A stretch of 64,000 bases of DNA from Patellaria atrata CBS 101060 (taxonomy: Eukaryota). Shown in pieces: positions 1 to 14,492 of this stretch; the first letter of the stretch is position 1, and every line of letters begins with the position of its first letter. The stretch is from assembly GCA_010093705.1 (NCBI GenBank), contig MU006096.1, positions 173,558-237,557 of the forward strand. The letters run 5' to 3'. The notes under the pieces were generated by a model, which was not told where the DNA came from, did not search any database, and saw only the letters and a program-made list of their open reading frames with translations. Made by a program: the position numbers and the translations under genes.

Positions 1-3000
1 AACACTGAGGTGTATCTGGTCATGGTCATAACTCCTTTTCACCTAATTTTAAGATATGAGGAATAGAACATTCGCAGATCGTGCTCTCTCAGTAGATTAA
101 TCAGGGTCTACAATGCCCAACCAGCATTGTGACCGCTGAGTTCTCCCCAAGTCCGAGACTTCTTCGGGATCATGCCGATATCTCATAGTATAATAAGACT
201 ATGGACAGCGCCGCTCCAGTCTCGCGAATCTTAAGCCAGCCTGTTGGCTGTCATTCAGGGCCCAATTCCCTTGCAGGAGGGTCCGAGTATGACGGTGAAC
301 CCCACGTTCCCCTGGCTGTGCATTATGCGTAAATGGCTCGAAGCAAGTCGAAAGGACGTTCAGACGTCAACCGGCAGCAGGTTCAGTCTTTCTTCAACAG
401 CTCGATATGGCAAATTCCATCGAATCAAACGCCATACATTTCCTTAGGGCTCAACTCACTCGAGGAACAGAGCAACTCATATCTATCGCCCAGAGAAACG
501 GGCCCAAAGAGGTTACCGCTCAACAAGTTTCATCCACCATAGTGAGAGGGTGGTTATACTAGTAGGCTCGGGTTTCAAGCGATCTCTCATTTCCGCAGCT
601 GCTGAATGTTTCAAGCAAAGCAGTCCCAACTCATGGTACTTTCAACGACCATAGCCTCAGCGCAGTCGGATGACGAGCGAGATAGCTTGATAGGACAAGG
701 AGGTTTAGGAAGAGGACGTTTTTAGACTTAGAGATCATCTGCTCGGCTCTCTTCAGCTTCTATAATCTATTCCTAGTTGGGACTAGTATGCGCTTGTATC
801 CGTTGGAGACCCGAAAAATTCAAAAACTCTAAACAGGCGACAGAGGCTTTCAAAAGTCTTGAAATTCTAATAACAACAAATCATCTCCCTTGACGTTCAT
901 TTCAGGAGCCCTTCGTAACTATTCTCTGCAAACTCAGCGCAGTGGGCAGTGCTAGAAATATGCGTTCACGGCGTCTTCACCTATGACCTTCCAGCGACAA
1001 CCCCAGGGCAAAGCAGGATTGACTGAGAATTTCTGATAGCCTAAGGGCCCCCAGGCGTCGTCGGAAATTATGAAGAAGAATCCTATTCCGGCGGGTCTTT
1101 GCATGATTCTCAACAACATGTAGAGCTCTACCGCCAAGTATCTACACAGTTGATATTGTTTCTTCAATAATGTTTATCTCTTTCTAGAATCTTTCAATTC
1201 TCCGGCACCAATCTTGAAGGGGACATTGCACGAAGGAACCTGTAGCTACGGAGTCGGCTATTCCAGGCTCCAGAGCGTATCTTGACGGAAATTTTCAGGC
1301 GCAAGCACGACCTCCACACATTTGATTCCTTACAAAACTGGTTCAGTTGCTATACGTGTTAACTCTTCTGGCGCCCTCGGTGTTACCCGAACAGAAATTC
1401 ATGGTACAGCTTTATCGTGAAGTTTAAAGGATGCGTTGGTCTATGGAATCGATATACAGGAATCACACTAATATACCGTTATTCATTCAGTTCTAGAAGT
1501 AAGTCCTCAGATCACATAATTGGTCAATTTCCTATAAGTTCCATATCAAAAACCTTATACCTATTTTAGGTACAGCGCTTTGCACTCGTAGTAGTATATC
1601 TTACAGCGTGAGCCCCTAGTATATTGCTTGATGTCTCGCAAAAGCCTATCCTTACCTCGATTTCAACAATATCAATCATCTGATAGGACAGGTACATCCT
1701 AGTAATAGCAGATCCAAAGTTATTGGACTTGAGAGAGCGAAGTTGAATCTCAAGTTAGAGCACATAAACACTAGACTCCCGCCTTAGCTATTTTCTTTAC
1801 TGGTGCTTGAACAATCATGTCTCCTATAGAGCCTCTCGCCCTGTTCTTGGTCCCGATACAGAGGGATTAGAGAGTATGCCAAATGATTCCATATATACAA
1901 CGGTGAACGTAGTAGTAGATCGTATTTGAGATACAAGAACTCCGCTTTACACAGATATACTACTTTGTGGGAGTACTAGATCCGTCGAGGGACCTTTAAT
2001 AAGAAAATTCTATTGTCAATTGGTCATATGGGTTTTTTAGTCCGGGAAATAATGATAACACCCTCAGTCCTAACAGTTCCATCGGCCTTATAGATCTAAG
2101 TCTAACCCATAGCCATCCAACTTCTCCATCTTCATCTTCTCTATACCGTATCACACTCAGTATGGGACAAGGGTCACATTTGTTCTTCTTAAGTTAGTAG
2201 CATATGATTTCTTCACATTAGACATGTGCTACTAATATTCGGCTTCAGAGTAGCATGTATCTCCCGTCACGTATCTTAAGCTTATTTTGGAGTTCCTCGG
2301 CATATCAAATATCTTAGGGACAACGTTGCTTTTTGGTTCGTCCACCGATCGTCTCATTTTTGATTCGTCCAACTCCACAACTTATTCTTACATCCCGTTT
2401 CCCAACTAGTCCACCTCAGAGTCATGTATCAGCCACCTACATAAGTCTAATAGAACCACGCTTCCCACCAGCATTCATCGGCCGATTAATACTCCCGAAT
2501 TTGTGAATTGTTTCTGGGCTGAGTATTTTCCCTAAGATCTCCTTTCGACCCCCTAGGAGAAGCGTGACGCCTGAACGCTTGATCCCAACCGTACGCTACC
2601 CAAAAAGTTCAGCCTCGTAACTTCTTCACTTTGTTGGTTCGACCCTCGTGTCCACCCGTCTCGATTTCGTATCGCTCTCTCAATAAAATGACGATCTTCC
2701 CGCCATTACCGGCGATCCAAAACCTAAACTCAGTTGCCGCTTTCTAACACCCTCTTATCTCTCTGGAACGTCATGGTACTGTTTCCGATCGACTCTGCTG
2801 CTCTTCAAATGCTTGATTGTGGGCTACGAATCATTGTAAAGCAGGAGAATTATTTGACATCTGCCGGCACCCCACCGATCGACATAACTTCTCCAGAAGA
2901 TCTGCAGTCTATACCAGACTGAGCGACATCGAGCTACAATGGATTACCGGTCTGACCAACGTACCGTTTTGAGCCACCTGCAAGACTTGACACGGTCTAT

Positions 3001-6000
3001 GCAAGAGTGTGAGACATTCTCTGCCGTTACCATGGTCTAACTCTTCAAATTAAGAATATTATAATTCTGGAGAGGCGTTGAACGCAACTGCTTATTGCGT
3101 CATGTTTCCCCGCAACCTCGACATTCTTCTATGATGGAGAGGACGTATAGCCTTACCATTGCTGTAGCTGGTAGCTTTCTTTAGCTTTCTTGAGCTCTTA
3201 AAGTCTCAAACCCGGTTTCCAAATCGTTGGCTTAGTTTTTTTGAATAGGGGTAAGTCGTGGATTGCTGTATCGAGGTAACGTTAGGCTGTCTCCATAGTC
3301 AAGTTTTGCTAATGTCGATGGTCTCATGAGTTTTACTTTAGGCAAGTTCGCAATAAGCTGCATATTCGTTTTCTATGATATTACTTTTGATTGCTCCTGG
3401 CACAACGGGTGGCCATCCTATCTGTTCTAGTTCTATTTTAAATCTGTTCATCTGAAGACTGGATCTTGAGCTCTAAGTAGCATGTTGCACTTTCCAATGT
3501 GATATAGTTCAATTTTCCGTATAAACTGATAATACTATTTGATATTGCCTCTATGGATACAGCATCACTCTGTATTAATCCTATGTTCCACTTTATAGAG
3601 TTAATAATACCATTCAAATCCCAAGATTCCCAAAGACCTCAAGTGACACACTTTCGTCTCGGTAACCTTGTCTGCAGTCCTCAAGCTCTTGTTGCAGCAA
3701 CCCTTATCTTTCCTCCCGTCTTCCTCGTAAATCTCATTCAATCTTTCAATAGGGTTCTTTTGCTATAGTAGATTGAGAGATCCTCGATAAAGATTGTAGG
3801 TATCTGTCTTCACTACTCCGGAATTAAATCAACGGTCTCTAATGCCCGCGACCTCTCAGTACCCCAAGTAGAGCTCTTCGGGCTTGCAGATAATGTAAAT
3901 GACACTCCCCCAATTATGAACTGCGGAGAGACTCGTATACTCCTAGTAGACACGCTTCCTCGTGTCCGTCCCTATCATTCACCCCTTCCCAACCTCCCCT
4001 TGCATTTCCCCTCGACACACAACATCGAACCCACATCAACAACTGCAAGGAAAGTCCATCTAGGAAGTTCCCATCCAGAATAGTAATCGTCTTCCATGCA
4101 AGCATCCCAACCCGTCTTTCACAGCATCTTTCATGTTCCTCCGCATCTAATGTTTCCCGGTCTACTTTGCTGGAAATCCCGACATCGAGAAGACGTCCTG
4201 CCCGATGTGTTTCCCACGTGTGGAAGACCCTTAGGGAACTTGAGATATACGCGATGTCTCACCGATGCTCGTCTCGGGGTCGGAGTTAGCAAACGCGAGA
4301 GAGTAAAAGCAAGTATACGTCCCCTTTGGTTCGATCTGGATCGATTGCAATCTGCATGCATATTTTCTTACATACATGCTCAACATACATATAGACGCAT
4401 AGTAAATTATGTTATGGTGATTAATGATCTAAACGATCGCTGCTCAGTCCCGGAATAGTCTCTTCCCGTATCCGCTCAACAGTCTCTCCATCATCTCCAC
4501 CCGCCGTGCTACCGCAAACCCTTCCCCTCCAGCGACAATATGCTCCGTCCCCTTCCACATCCCGAGGCGGCGGTTAAACAGGTTTCCTATCACCGAGACA
4601 TCGGAATCTCATCATTCCTATACAGTACATGCATCTTGATGTTCCATCGCCGCCGATAACAGGCCCAGGGGAGTATGTATTGTAGATGTCGATGTAACAC
4701 ACTCGATCGAACGAAGGGATGCATGTAACGGATGCGCTCCAATAGACGTGTCCAATACCGTAAATACACATGTACTGGTAATAGATCCACTCTCTCGATA
4801 TTTTGTACGTCCGACTCCACGTGAACCTCACTCAATTAGAGACTTCAAGTCGTATATTCTAGTCGTAGACGATTATTAGCACGAGAAGTTGGTGCTACCC
4901 CTCGTCAAATTCTGTGCTGCCCTTCTGTTATCGCCATATACCGCTCTTTCGGTTATGACCGTCCAAGGGTCGCCACATCGTACCCGTACGACGACTCTTT
5001 TCAAAAACCGCCCTAACCCGGTTCCTGTGGTGTAATGCAGAGCCATAGTGGCGGGTCGGACCGGCGCGTTTTTGACAGCCCCACGATATATGGGCTTAAA
5101 CGGGAGTCGATCATTCAGTTTCCTAGCGTACTTAGCTTTGAGATCTAGATGTCGACACCTTTAGGCTAATATACGAGTCTCTAGCGTATGCTCAAGGGGG
5201 CTCCACACTATTTGGTACGAGCTGGAGACATCTCCGAGATCTTTGGCGTTTCACGGAGGTTACGCCGGCATGAGATGAGTGGTTCGCTGGAGGCGAAGGA
5301 GTAGACAAAGATGTGTAGAGTTAAAAAATATGGAAAGACAACCTGGAAAGACATGAATCGACCTGGGCCGGGTGGCGCAGGAGATACTGATGATGGAGGC
5401 CTGAGCCGTGGATATTGTGAGGATTGGAGCTGTCGAACACGTGTATGTGTAGGTACGACTGAAGATCCCTACAACGAGACTTTGCGAGATATTCAGGTAA
5501 AGAAGGCCGTGGAGACATGAGTGATTGTAGATACACCGTCTTTGCAATTGTTGTTCTAGGTCTCGATGGATCGTTCGTCTGTCGAAAAGAGAAGATCAAA
5601 CAGGGGACCGCATTGAACCCTGCAATACTGGTTACACAGTCTGTAAACAAATCCCAAAACACGAGGTTAACCGGTCAGACTGCTACGCGGTGTCAGCTGA
5701 TGAAAGATATCAAGTATACCCTGAGGTAGATGCAGTACAGGACTATAGAAAGCTCTAGACTCCGATCTCCTAATCAATCTGCATCTCCAAACAGTACATT
5801 GTAGGAATTGCGCATAGATAACGGAACTACAACCTACCATTCTCTCTCTTCAAAGTTAACATATTGGTAAGGACCCGGCGCATCGGTCAACTCATCATTG
5901 ATTTACGGCATAATGCTCGAGTATCATGGATTCCGCAGGCTGGTATACCATGATGGTAATATGATAACTTTGGTTCGCACAATGTAGCACGGTCTAGTTC

Positions 6001-9000
6001 ACGTCAACACGAGAATATCCAGTTGAAGACAGTCCATGGTAACCATGCTAATCTGTCAAACATCATTGGCAGTGCTTGACAACATATCTACCAGGCTACC
6101 AGTGCAACCACCAACCTCGACGGGATCGCTAAAGCCATTGAACTGCATTTTGTATTCTCTCATGCTGCCATTCCCTTGGTTAAAGACGGAATTATCTCCT
6201 GCTCCTGAGTTAGAACTACCTTTCTTACGCTTCTTTCAATCACCGTTTGAAATCGATGACGACATTTTCAGCCCCGGAAATAATCTCTCGCCCTGGAGGG
6301 CCTAATTGGACGGGAGCTTTAAACATAACCGATGGTGGACAGGTGTCAGCAAGCTTTAGGCGTCCGAGATATTTCCACAACTATACCTTAGTTCTTTCTA
6401 TAAAGAGATGTACTGAGCATAATAGTGCATGTGGGTATAGCGATAGCCATTGGGAGGTGTAGCAGAACGTGGCACGCCTGGCTTTTTCAACAGGGGAATT
6501 AAATCGTTAGTTTTTCAACAATATCAGATATGAAGGTAAGTCTCTCCCCGGGTTTGCTCATCGAGTAATCTTGAGGATGATCATCAAACCACGTCTTGCC
6601 TTATAGCGTCAGATCGGTGGAATCAGAATAAGGTATCCATACGATGAATAAAAGATTTGTTGAGGTGTTTAAGCAAAAATCTTCCATGAAGATCCCGGAT
6701 ATGCGGCTTATCTCACTGACATGACCCAAAAAAAAGCTTGTTTGGTGATCTTCCCTGAGGCACTTCAGGACGTTGAGCGAGGCTACCAGCCACAACGGTT
6801 TAGCGGAGGGGCACCATCGTGCTCGCAGCAACCTAAAGACAGTCCTTCGTGTACACCATCCCCAGTCGTCAGCAATGATGGAATAAAGTACACTTTAGCG
6901 GCGGGAACTAAGTGTGGGACTTTTTCTTGATGACGACGGGGGTATGTGAATAGTCTCAAGTCGTCCCCTTATCTGGTCAATACGCGTTTGGAAAACGATA
7001 TATCCGAGAAAGAGCTCGATAAGCTGTTAACTTGATGTCAATTGCAAGCGGACCTCGTGTTCCCCCACAGCTTGACCGGTCAGCTGTAGATCATCCACAG
7101 TTGGTGTTGATATGAATCGTAAGGCAACAGGGTAAATTCTCATCTGATTGGAGCCAGGAAGCAGAGAGCCAGAGACAAACCCAGTGCCGGTTTTAGCTAG
7201 TAAGTGAGATAAGTGCGGCAACCAGAACAAGATCCGTACTAAAACTATTACAAGATTAGTAAGTAGGCTTCAAAATAGCTCCTCTTGTAGCCAATCAAGA
7301 ATTCTATTGAAACTGCGTTTCCGTGTGGTTGGTAAAAGCATCATAAAAAGATCCCATAACTAAAACTTAATGATAGGAAAGAAAGGATTAATGCAGGGCA
7401 ATCCGTGTTATACTCCAGGTATAAAGTTCCGTCTACCAGGTGTGCGAATAATGAGCAGTTCCAGGTCAGTATGGGGGGTTGACGAGTGGATAGTCCTTCA
7501 GCTTGCGCACAGCCACCAATACTTCGTACAGTAGTCTCGCATACCGACAACCTGAGCAAACTGACTCCTGTTGTAGGTCGACCAGTATCATCCGCTGTTT
7601 TAATGGTAAACTAAAGTAATAAAACCATTCAACTTTTTAAACAGGACTCCCATCCTCCTGTAGTTCATGAAGAACCGATGGAGACCCGATGAGAGAGGAA
7701 CCTTCCACCCACTGTCACTGACGTAGTGGGATGGGAATAATGTGTCACTGATCCCGGCTTCCGCTGTAGCTTTTGCTGATTGACTACCACAGAAACCTGG
7801 AGAGCTAATTTGTCCCATATAGAGACGATCAAAAAGCTGAAATGCTTCACTGTTGGAGGGGATCCGGAGGGGATTACGGAAATTGTAGATGGGTCGTGCA
7901 GAGTTCTCAATTGTATTTCAAGAGCCGCATACCACTCTGACTTTTGTATGATTGTCACCTAAGATTCCCGTTTTGCTGAATTATGAGTTGTTCGCTGACG
8001 GCAGTCCCTTCATTTTTCATTTAGGATCTGCATATACCTGTCAAATTTCATTGCCTAAGCCCTTTCGTCTGTCTGCTTTTACGAGCGTTGATTATCGTGA
8101 TTATAAAGTGGTGCGTCAAACCAGATAAGACAGGAGCAGTTCTCGAATTGAGGTCAGTACTGGTATAATTGTATGCTCGTATTCTCGCACTGAGACCGTT
8201 GACTTCTTAGACAAAGTGATTATAGATATCTGGGACTGTATAAACTGAGACATCGTGTAAGAGAATTTGCAGACCGAACTCACTGTGAAGGTTCGACTCG
8301 GCTTGATGACCCTTCAGCTTACCTACGCCTAGGTTACGTCCAAGAAAATGCTAGACACAAACACGAGGAAGCTACCAACTTGGTAACCGCTAAAATCTGT
8401 AAGGTAGTTGGCGACCCCTTTGTTCGTCGACTTCGTCATTACTTCAGCGATTTAACGATGCTTCAACTCCGTTGAAAATTGTCAGAATCAAATGCGTCCA
8501 GTATGGGGAGCTTACGCATAAGCCCCTGGCCCACAAGGTGTACTGTACATCCACCCCATCGCGTACCTGCCAAATTCTGATATCGCCGAAAGACCAGCAA
8601 CTCACAATTTCCACACACACCGCTGACGTTTGCTTGGTAACTGCCTCCCAGGGTCATAAGTCGGGATTATTTGAAGACCGCCTAGGCTGTGCTATCCTCA
8701 CATTCGCGAAGTGAAACGGTAGGAGATCGAGCACGACTTGTGCTATAAAGAAACTTTACTGCTATTCCCGCTGTATCCGCTACCTTACGCTGCTCAGCCC
8801 TCGACTGTGCCGCTCGGCCCGAGTTGCTCTCTATAACGTCGCCTTTCGGACCGAGTTTAGGTACTGTATGTAAAAGAATAGACGTATTGAAAGGTTTAGG
8901 TTGTCGCTCGTCAGGCGTGCAGAGATAGAACTACACTTGCATCGAGAAATTTGACTTTGATATAGAGGGATGCCTCTTACTTCGCTATCTCGAATTAAAA

Positions 9001-11299
9001 GAATATTTCAACGATGTCTTGTCAGACTTTAGGAAGGTTTACAGGCTCAGGGGTCGTCAAGCCCTACTACTACTGAAGAAGTAAAGCGTGATTTTTGGAT
9101 CGACATCATGGATACTTTTCTTTAGCGATAAGGATCAGCGCGGACGGACAATTGACGCGGGTGGAGAGCTGAATTGTCTCCAAGACCCCAAGAAAGTCTC
9201 AATGTGGATATGAATTGCTTTGGAACTTTGGAAGCTGCCGTTCTTTTCGAATACGGTGTGGAAATGACAGCGAAAAATGACAACGCAACAACCAAACCCT
9301 TCCCGTTCGGTAGAAGTATGTAATCTTCGCGCTGATCTTCTCGAAAGATATAAGGTATCTGCTCAGCTTAAACCCCCGTATTGACGCCCTATTCATGACT
9401 TGCCTAAAACAGGAGACCACGCTCTCCATTACCCATTAAAGATTTTTACCCCAGGTTTTTACTGCTTCACGTCAGCGTCAATGTGACAATAATGTGACAA
9501 GTCAAGTTGGAAATCTGTAGTGGAGTTCTCAGGTTGATTGAAGAGTATAAAATGCTCCGATTCTGAGTTTGACATCCGAAACTGATTCAGACTTTGTTCA
9601 AAGCTTCGATGACGATCCGTTCAGCTGTTAGTCTCTCTTTTCAAAGTCTAGCTCTATGTACGGACGGAAATGTTAGGGTGATGTAGAAAAATAATAATAG
9701 ATCGAATTTAAGTCCAGTACAAGCCCTGTGACGAATGCCACGCGAAAGATTTTGGCTTACAGTAAATTTATCGGATTAGAACCAAGCTAGGGCGCACGGT
9801 TCACAGGAACGGCGTCTCGCTGATGCGTGGGGCACACAGTATTTCCTAAGACGGTCGTACTGTACGAAGTACATCCTTACCTATCCCGTACACCTTAGAT
9901 GCGCCCAACTCCCGTCCGATCTAAGTTCACACACGTTCATTATCTGAATCCTTCTATCGAGGTTGCGATACCGAGCTTGAAGAGAGATGTGAATCCGTCC
10001 CGGGTCTATAACGTCCACTAAGGAGTCTACATTGATGGATTCGCTTTAGCTAGTCGTTTTGCCTAGTCTCTGTGGTTCTTTCTGGAAGGAAGCGAAAAGC
10101 TTCGGCCCGTGACCATTTCCGGGTCTGCCTCTAATAAATTTGAAATATCTTTGCAATAATGCTGTTAACAGAGTGTTATCTTGGCTTGTTACCTCTACAG
10201 CTGCGAACAAATTGGACGGGGAACGAGTTTGCTGCTATGGACCCCGTATATCCGCCGTAGCGATGATGACCGTCCTAGTCCAAATGCAAGTGGGTAGGAC
10301 GAGTGTTCTCGTTGCGCATGTTGATGATACTTAGATATTGCCATTTTACTGATAGGTTACCCACTATCCGGGCGTGCGCGGCACAAAAGTATTATAAGTG
10401 GAATTAAAATCATCCAAAGGCTTGCAAGCCTCGTAGATCACCTTCATTGACGACTTTGACGCTCATCTCCAGGGTTTCTGGATGTTTAGTGGTGACAGTT
10501 CTAAGGGTGCGGTGGTGTTGATAGGATGTATGTGTAGAAGCCTTCGAAGGAGGGGTCCGCCGAAGGGGATAAAGGGTCAAGGGTGGCCCAAAAGCGGCCG
10601 ACATCCAAGTTAAGGTAATTTAGACTCGTGGAATCAGCCGGCTAACTTACCTGGGCTATACCTGGTAGATCTCCAATATCAGTGCTTTAGCCTTCGTGTG
10701 GCCTTCCCCGTCACCTCCGTGAACAAGCTGGCGAACCTTGTACATCGTTATCGTAATATGTGACGGGGCTTGACCGTAATTGTACGAGGGGCTAGCCCCC
10801 ATAACCCGCCATGTCACAACCACTGTAAAGTGGAAACTACTGAAGCACATGCTTTTGGCGTGCCCCATGTAACGGAAGTACCTCACTGTTTTGCCTTTGT
10901 GCATCGCTACTTGTTTTCTTGATTATGCATCCAACATGATTGGAGTACTAGTTCAACCCCCCCAAGACTCCAGTCCAGCTGTACACGGCTTCAATGTAGA
11001 TGTAATGAAAGTTCGACATAATTCCTCACGCTCAGGCTCATCCAAGCCTCAGCTCTGAAATAAGTCCAAGCTTGTGTTTCTGTTTCTGGAAGACACCCCC
11101 CACCTACCTCACAGTCTCTCATATTTGGTTATCCAGAAATTCGAAATCTACGGTTCAGTCTTCCGCTTCCATGACTCTGGAAAGTTGAAATATTCGCCTT
11201 GAGCTACAAAGATTGGTTTCTTATCATACCGTATTCTATGATATCGGGTCCGACAACTGATTGATCGATTTTACGTTCCACAACCTGGAATCCAAAAAG

Positions 11300-14200
11300 A
11301 TGGTTTTCTGTACATATTGTGGCCAGTCGTTCACTCGAGATGAACATCTCGAGAGACATATTCTCACTCGTGAGTCAAAATAGTCTGTAGAATTGAACTG
11401 GCTGATTTCTCTTCTGTCAGATACAAATGTGAAGCCTTTCAAATGCTTCACCTGCCATATGTCTTTTGCTAGGCGGTACGTGCTGCGTATTCTAGGTTCT
11501 GGCCTACCACCTAATCTGCTCTTGCTGAAGGAAATTCTTCGATACTGACATCCATTAGCGATCTGTTACAACGACACTATTTGGTTCATGGCAGAGACCA
11601 GAACAACCAGGAAGGCCTACCTCCCAGTAACGGAATTATCCCCAAATCCGCTGGCCGAACACCTATTGCATGCAGTAATTGTGCCAAAACCAAGACCAAA
11701 TGCGATAAGAAATTCCCCTGCAGTCGCTGTGCGGCAAGAAATCTTCGGTGCACTCTTCGTCCAACTCGACGAGCGTCCAAAAGCACACGAATTGGAAATC
11801 AAAACGAGGAGTCTAACAGTGGTAGCTCTTCTGAGCACGGCGGGAATAATGAGCCCTCGAATGGTTCCAAAAGTAACTCTCCTCAACTTCAGGATCAGAG
11901 CCAGCCACCTACTGTTCAAAATTCAACACCACCAACCGAGAAAGCTCCGTCGGTCGAAAGCGCAATGCCGTTGTTCGAACAAAGCCCGCCGAACGGAACC
12001 ATCACCCAGACCCCGATAATGAACAACGTCATTTCTCCAGTACCGACCCCCAACAACGGTTTTGTCCACAGTACACCGATGTCTGGGTATGAAGAATTTA
12101 TCCGAACGACGGGAAAAGATGGCTCAGACGGTTCTGCGAGCCCACGGTTCCTGATGGACTGGACGCAAATGCAAATGACTCCTGGCTTCGATTTGGGTAG
12201 AACAGATTTCCTAATGCCACATGAGATGGGGTTTGATATGGCTGGAATGCCCACAAGCCCGCCGAACGAGGGTCTTTTAGCCATGATCCCGGAACTTTCC
12301 CAGGCTCTTCCCGCTGCACCCCACGCACCTCCAATACCCCCCCCTAGGCTGGATAGTAACTTTTCCGATTTGGAATTGGGTAGCCCTGCGTCACTTTATT
12401 ACTCCAACAGACACCCATCGATTGTCGACAACGGAAATATCTCTGAGCTGGGGGCTATCGTCGCAGCCCAGGACGGTTGGTCGTGTTTTCGCTGCTTACC
12501 TCCAATTCCCTCGAGCGCGTGTCCAAGGACTGCAAAATTGAATCTTGAGCGATTGGAACAGAGCTTGAAAAACCATGAAGGTTGGGCAAACTGGATGCCG
12601 CCTCTGGACGAGGCAGATCTTGCTAGCAAAGCACCCCTCGTCGTTATGCAGCTTCAAGAAAATTCTCGCGATAAGCTACTTGCCATCACGCAAACTTTTC
12701 TTCACAAAGCTCTGGATATCCATAGTACCGGGACAAGTGCCTCACCTGCAAACGGAGGATCTCCAGCTTCCACAGGATCGAATTTCGTATTGCTTCCTCC
12801 GGCAAGAGTATTGGAGCATTTTCTTCGATCATACGCTAATAACTTCGAGCGCTATTATTCGCTCACTTCAAGAGGTGTTCTCGATGCAAATGAACTTCTT
12901 GCATGCTACAATGACAAGGCTTCCAGTCTCCTCGTGTTATTGATGATTGCTCAAGGAGCTATGGTCATTCCTTCTTCAGACGCGAGGTGGCTCACTGGCG
13001 GACTTACCGAGGCATGTCGCATCTCTCTATTTGATCTCATCGAGAAAAACATCATCATGGCAAGTGATCCCATCGTGCTGCACTCAGCACTTCTTTTTAC
13101 CGTGCAAGCGGCGTGGAGCGGCGACAAGTGGCAGATGGATATCGCAATGGGCCAACGGGGTATGTATTTCGCGATGCTTCGACATTCAGGAATGATGGAA
13201 AACCGCAATCCATCATCCAACGCGATGGATCGCAGAAGCTCTGCAGCGGATGGTTTGTGGAATGACTGGCTTGTCCAGGAAAGTAGAAGCAGGTAAGCGT
13301 TTCATATCCTCTTCGAGATTCTCTTCTCCCGTCCCCACTTCGGCTCTCCTCCGTCCACGTGACAACCCCAACTCAGGCCAATATCAAACTCCGATCTTTC
13401 AAGGAATAATCAACCTTAAGGGAATGTAGTAAACTGACATGTGATAGATTAATCTACTCTTGGGTCATGGTTGACCAGGACTTGGCACTTTTCCACGATA
13501 CTGCTCCTCTCTTTTCCGTTACTGAGTTCGGCGCACCCATGCCGGACGCGGACCGTTTGTGGCAGGCTAAGTCATCTGTGGAATGGGCCGAAATCTTCAA
13601 TCAGGTACATGAGTTCTCTGGAGGGTTTTCGTCGATAGGGTCTGGTGCTCGGCCCTTAAGTCTTCGTGATATGTTCCGTCTCTTCTTGGACGACGAGCTT
13701 CTTTCGCATGGCATCGAGCTTACACCTCTCCACTTAAGACTTCTTCTTCATCCCCTGCAGTCAATGGTATGTCAATACTGCCAGCTGCTGAGTTGTTTCT
13801 CTGATAACATCGCCTCTCGTCAACGTTCGCGTGCCGTTACTGCTGCGTCGACCAGGCTTCGGTTAGAAGAGGTGCAAGCTCTATTGCAGAGATGGTATGA
13901 TCTGGCAGCAAGGTACATGAAGAGCAACCCCATCTGTGCAATGATGCAGGCAAATTTGGTGATGTTTCATCTGGTCAGCCTCAATGCTGTTACTAATTTT
14001 CCTGAAATCGAGCGATTAGCTCGAAGGGAAGGTTTCGACGGAACGTATCAACAGCTCGTATGGCTACACAAAAAGTGCATTCTCGATGTTGAAGAAGCCA
14101 TCTATCACTGTGGACAGATCTTTAGGCTTATACGACTAATGCCCAGGGGTATCCGTCCACCATGGTGGGCGGGAGCGATATATCGAGTTGCTTTGATCCT

Positions 14201-14492
14201 TTGGACAGATAGTTTGACACATAACGAGTCTATCACCCCTGCAACAGGAATGTTTCCAGTCCCAGGTCCATCCTTCGCTGTCGACAACCTGCAGTCAGAT
14301 CATCCATTGATTGTCCGATATTTGACCAAAAGGGAAGGAGTACCTACTTTGACCAAACGGGACGGCTCGCAGATCTCTTTAGACCACGCATTCACAGTCC
14401 TGACGCATTGCGTCGATGTCGTCGATGAAGGTTACGCGACTCGATTCTCAGACGGCATCCGAAGCAAATTACAACGACTTGCAACAGGCTGA
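11300..14492 (+). CDS. CMR1: DHN-melanin regulator, C2H2 + Zn(II)2Cys6 transcription factor (CMR1/AMR1/PIG1/ZMR1 family); 4 exons: 11300-11369, 11421-11475, 11559-13292, 13448-14492
   Basis: Manual splicing (all GT-AG, phases consistent) gives MVFCTYCGQSFTRDEHLERHILTHTNVKPFKCFTCHMSFARRDLLQRHYLVHGRD (two C2H2 fingers), then CSNCAKTKTKCDKKFPCSRCAARNLRC (Zn2Cys6) and a long fungal TF domain. It is adjacent to a hydroxynaphthalene reductase. Confidence 0.95.

Noticed and set aside
5005..5020. CCCTAACCC telomere-like word
   Set aside because: Single copy, not an array
8288..8305. GGTTCGACTC, tRNA T-loop/B-box-like
   Set aside because: No pairing T-stem or cloverleaf around it
244..11451. Many 60-120 aa ORFs in the track
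   Set aside because: No recognisable motifs, many non-ATG starts and no consistent exon chains; expected by chance
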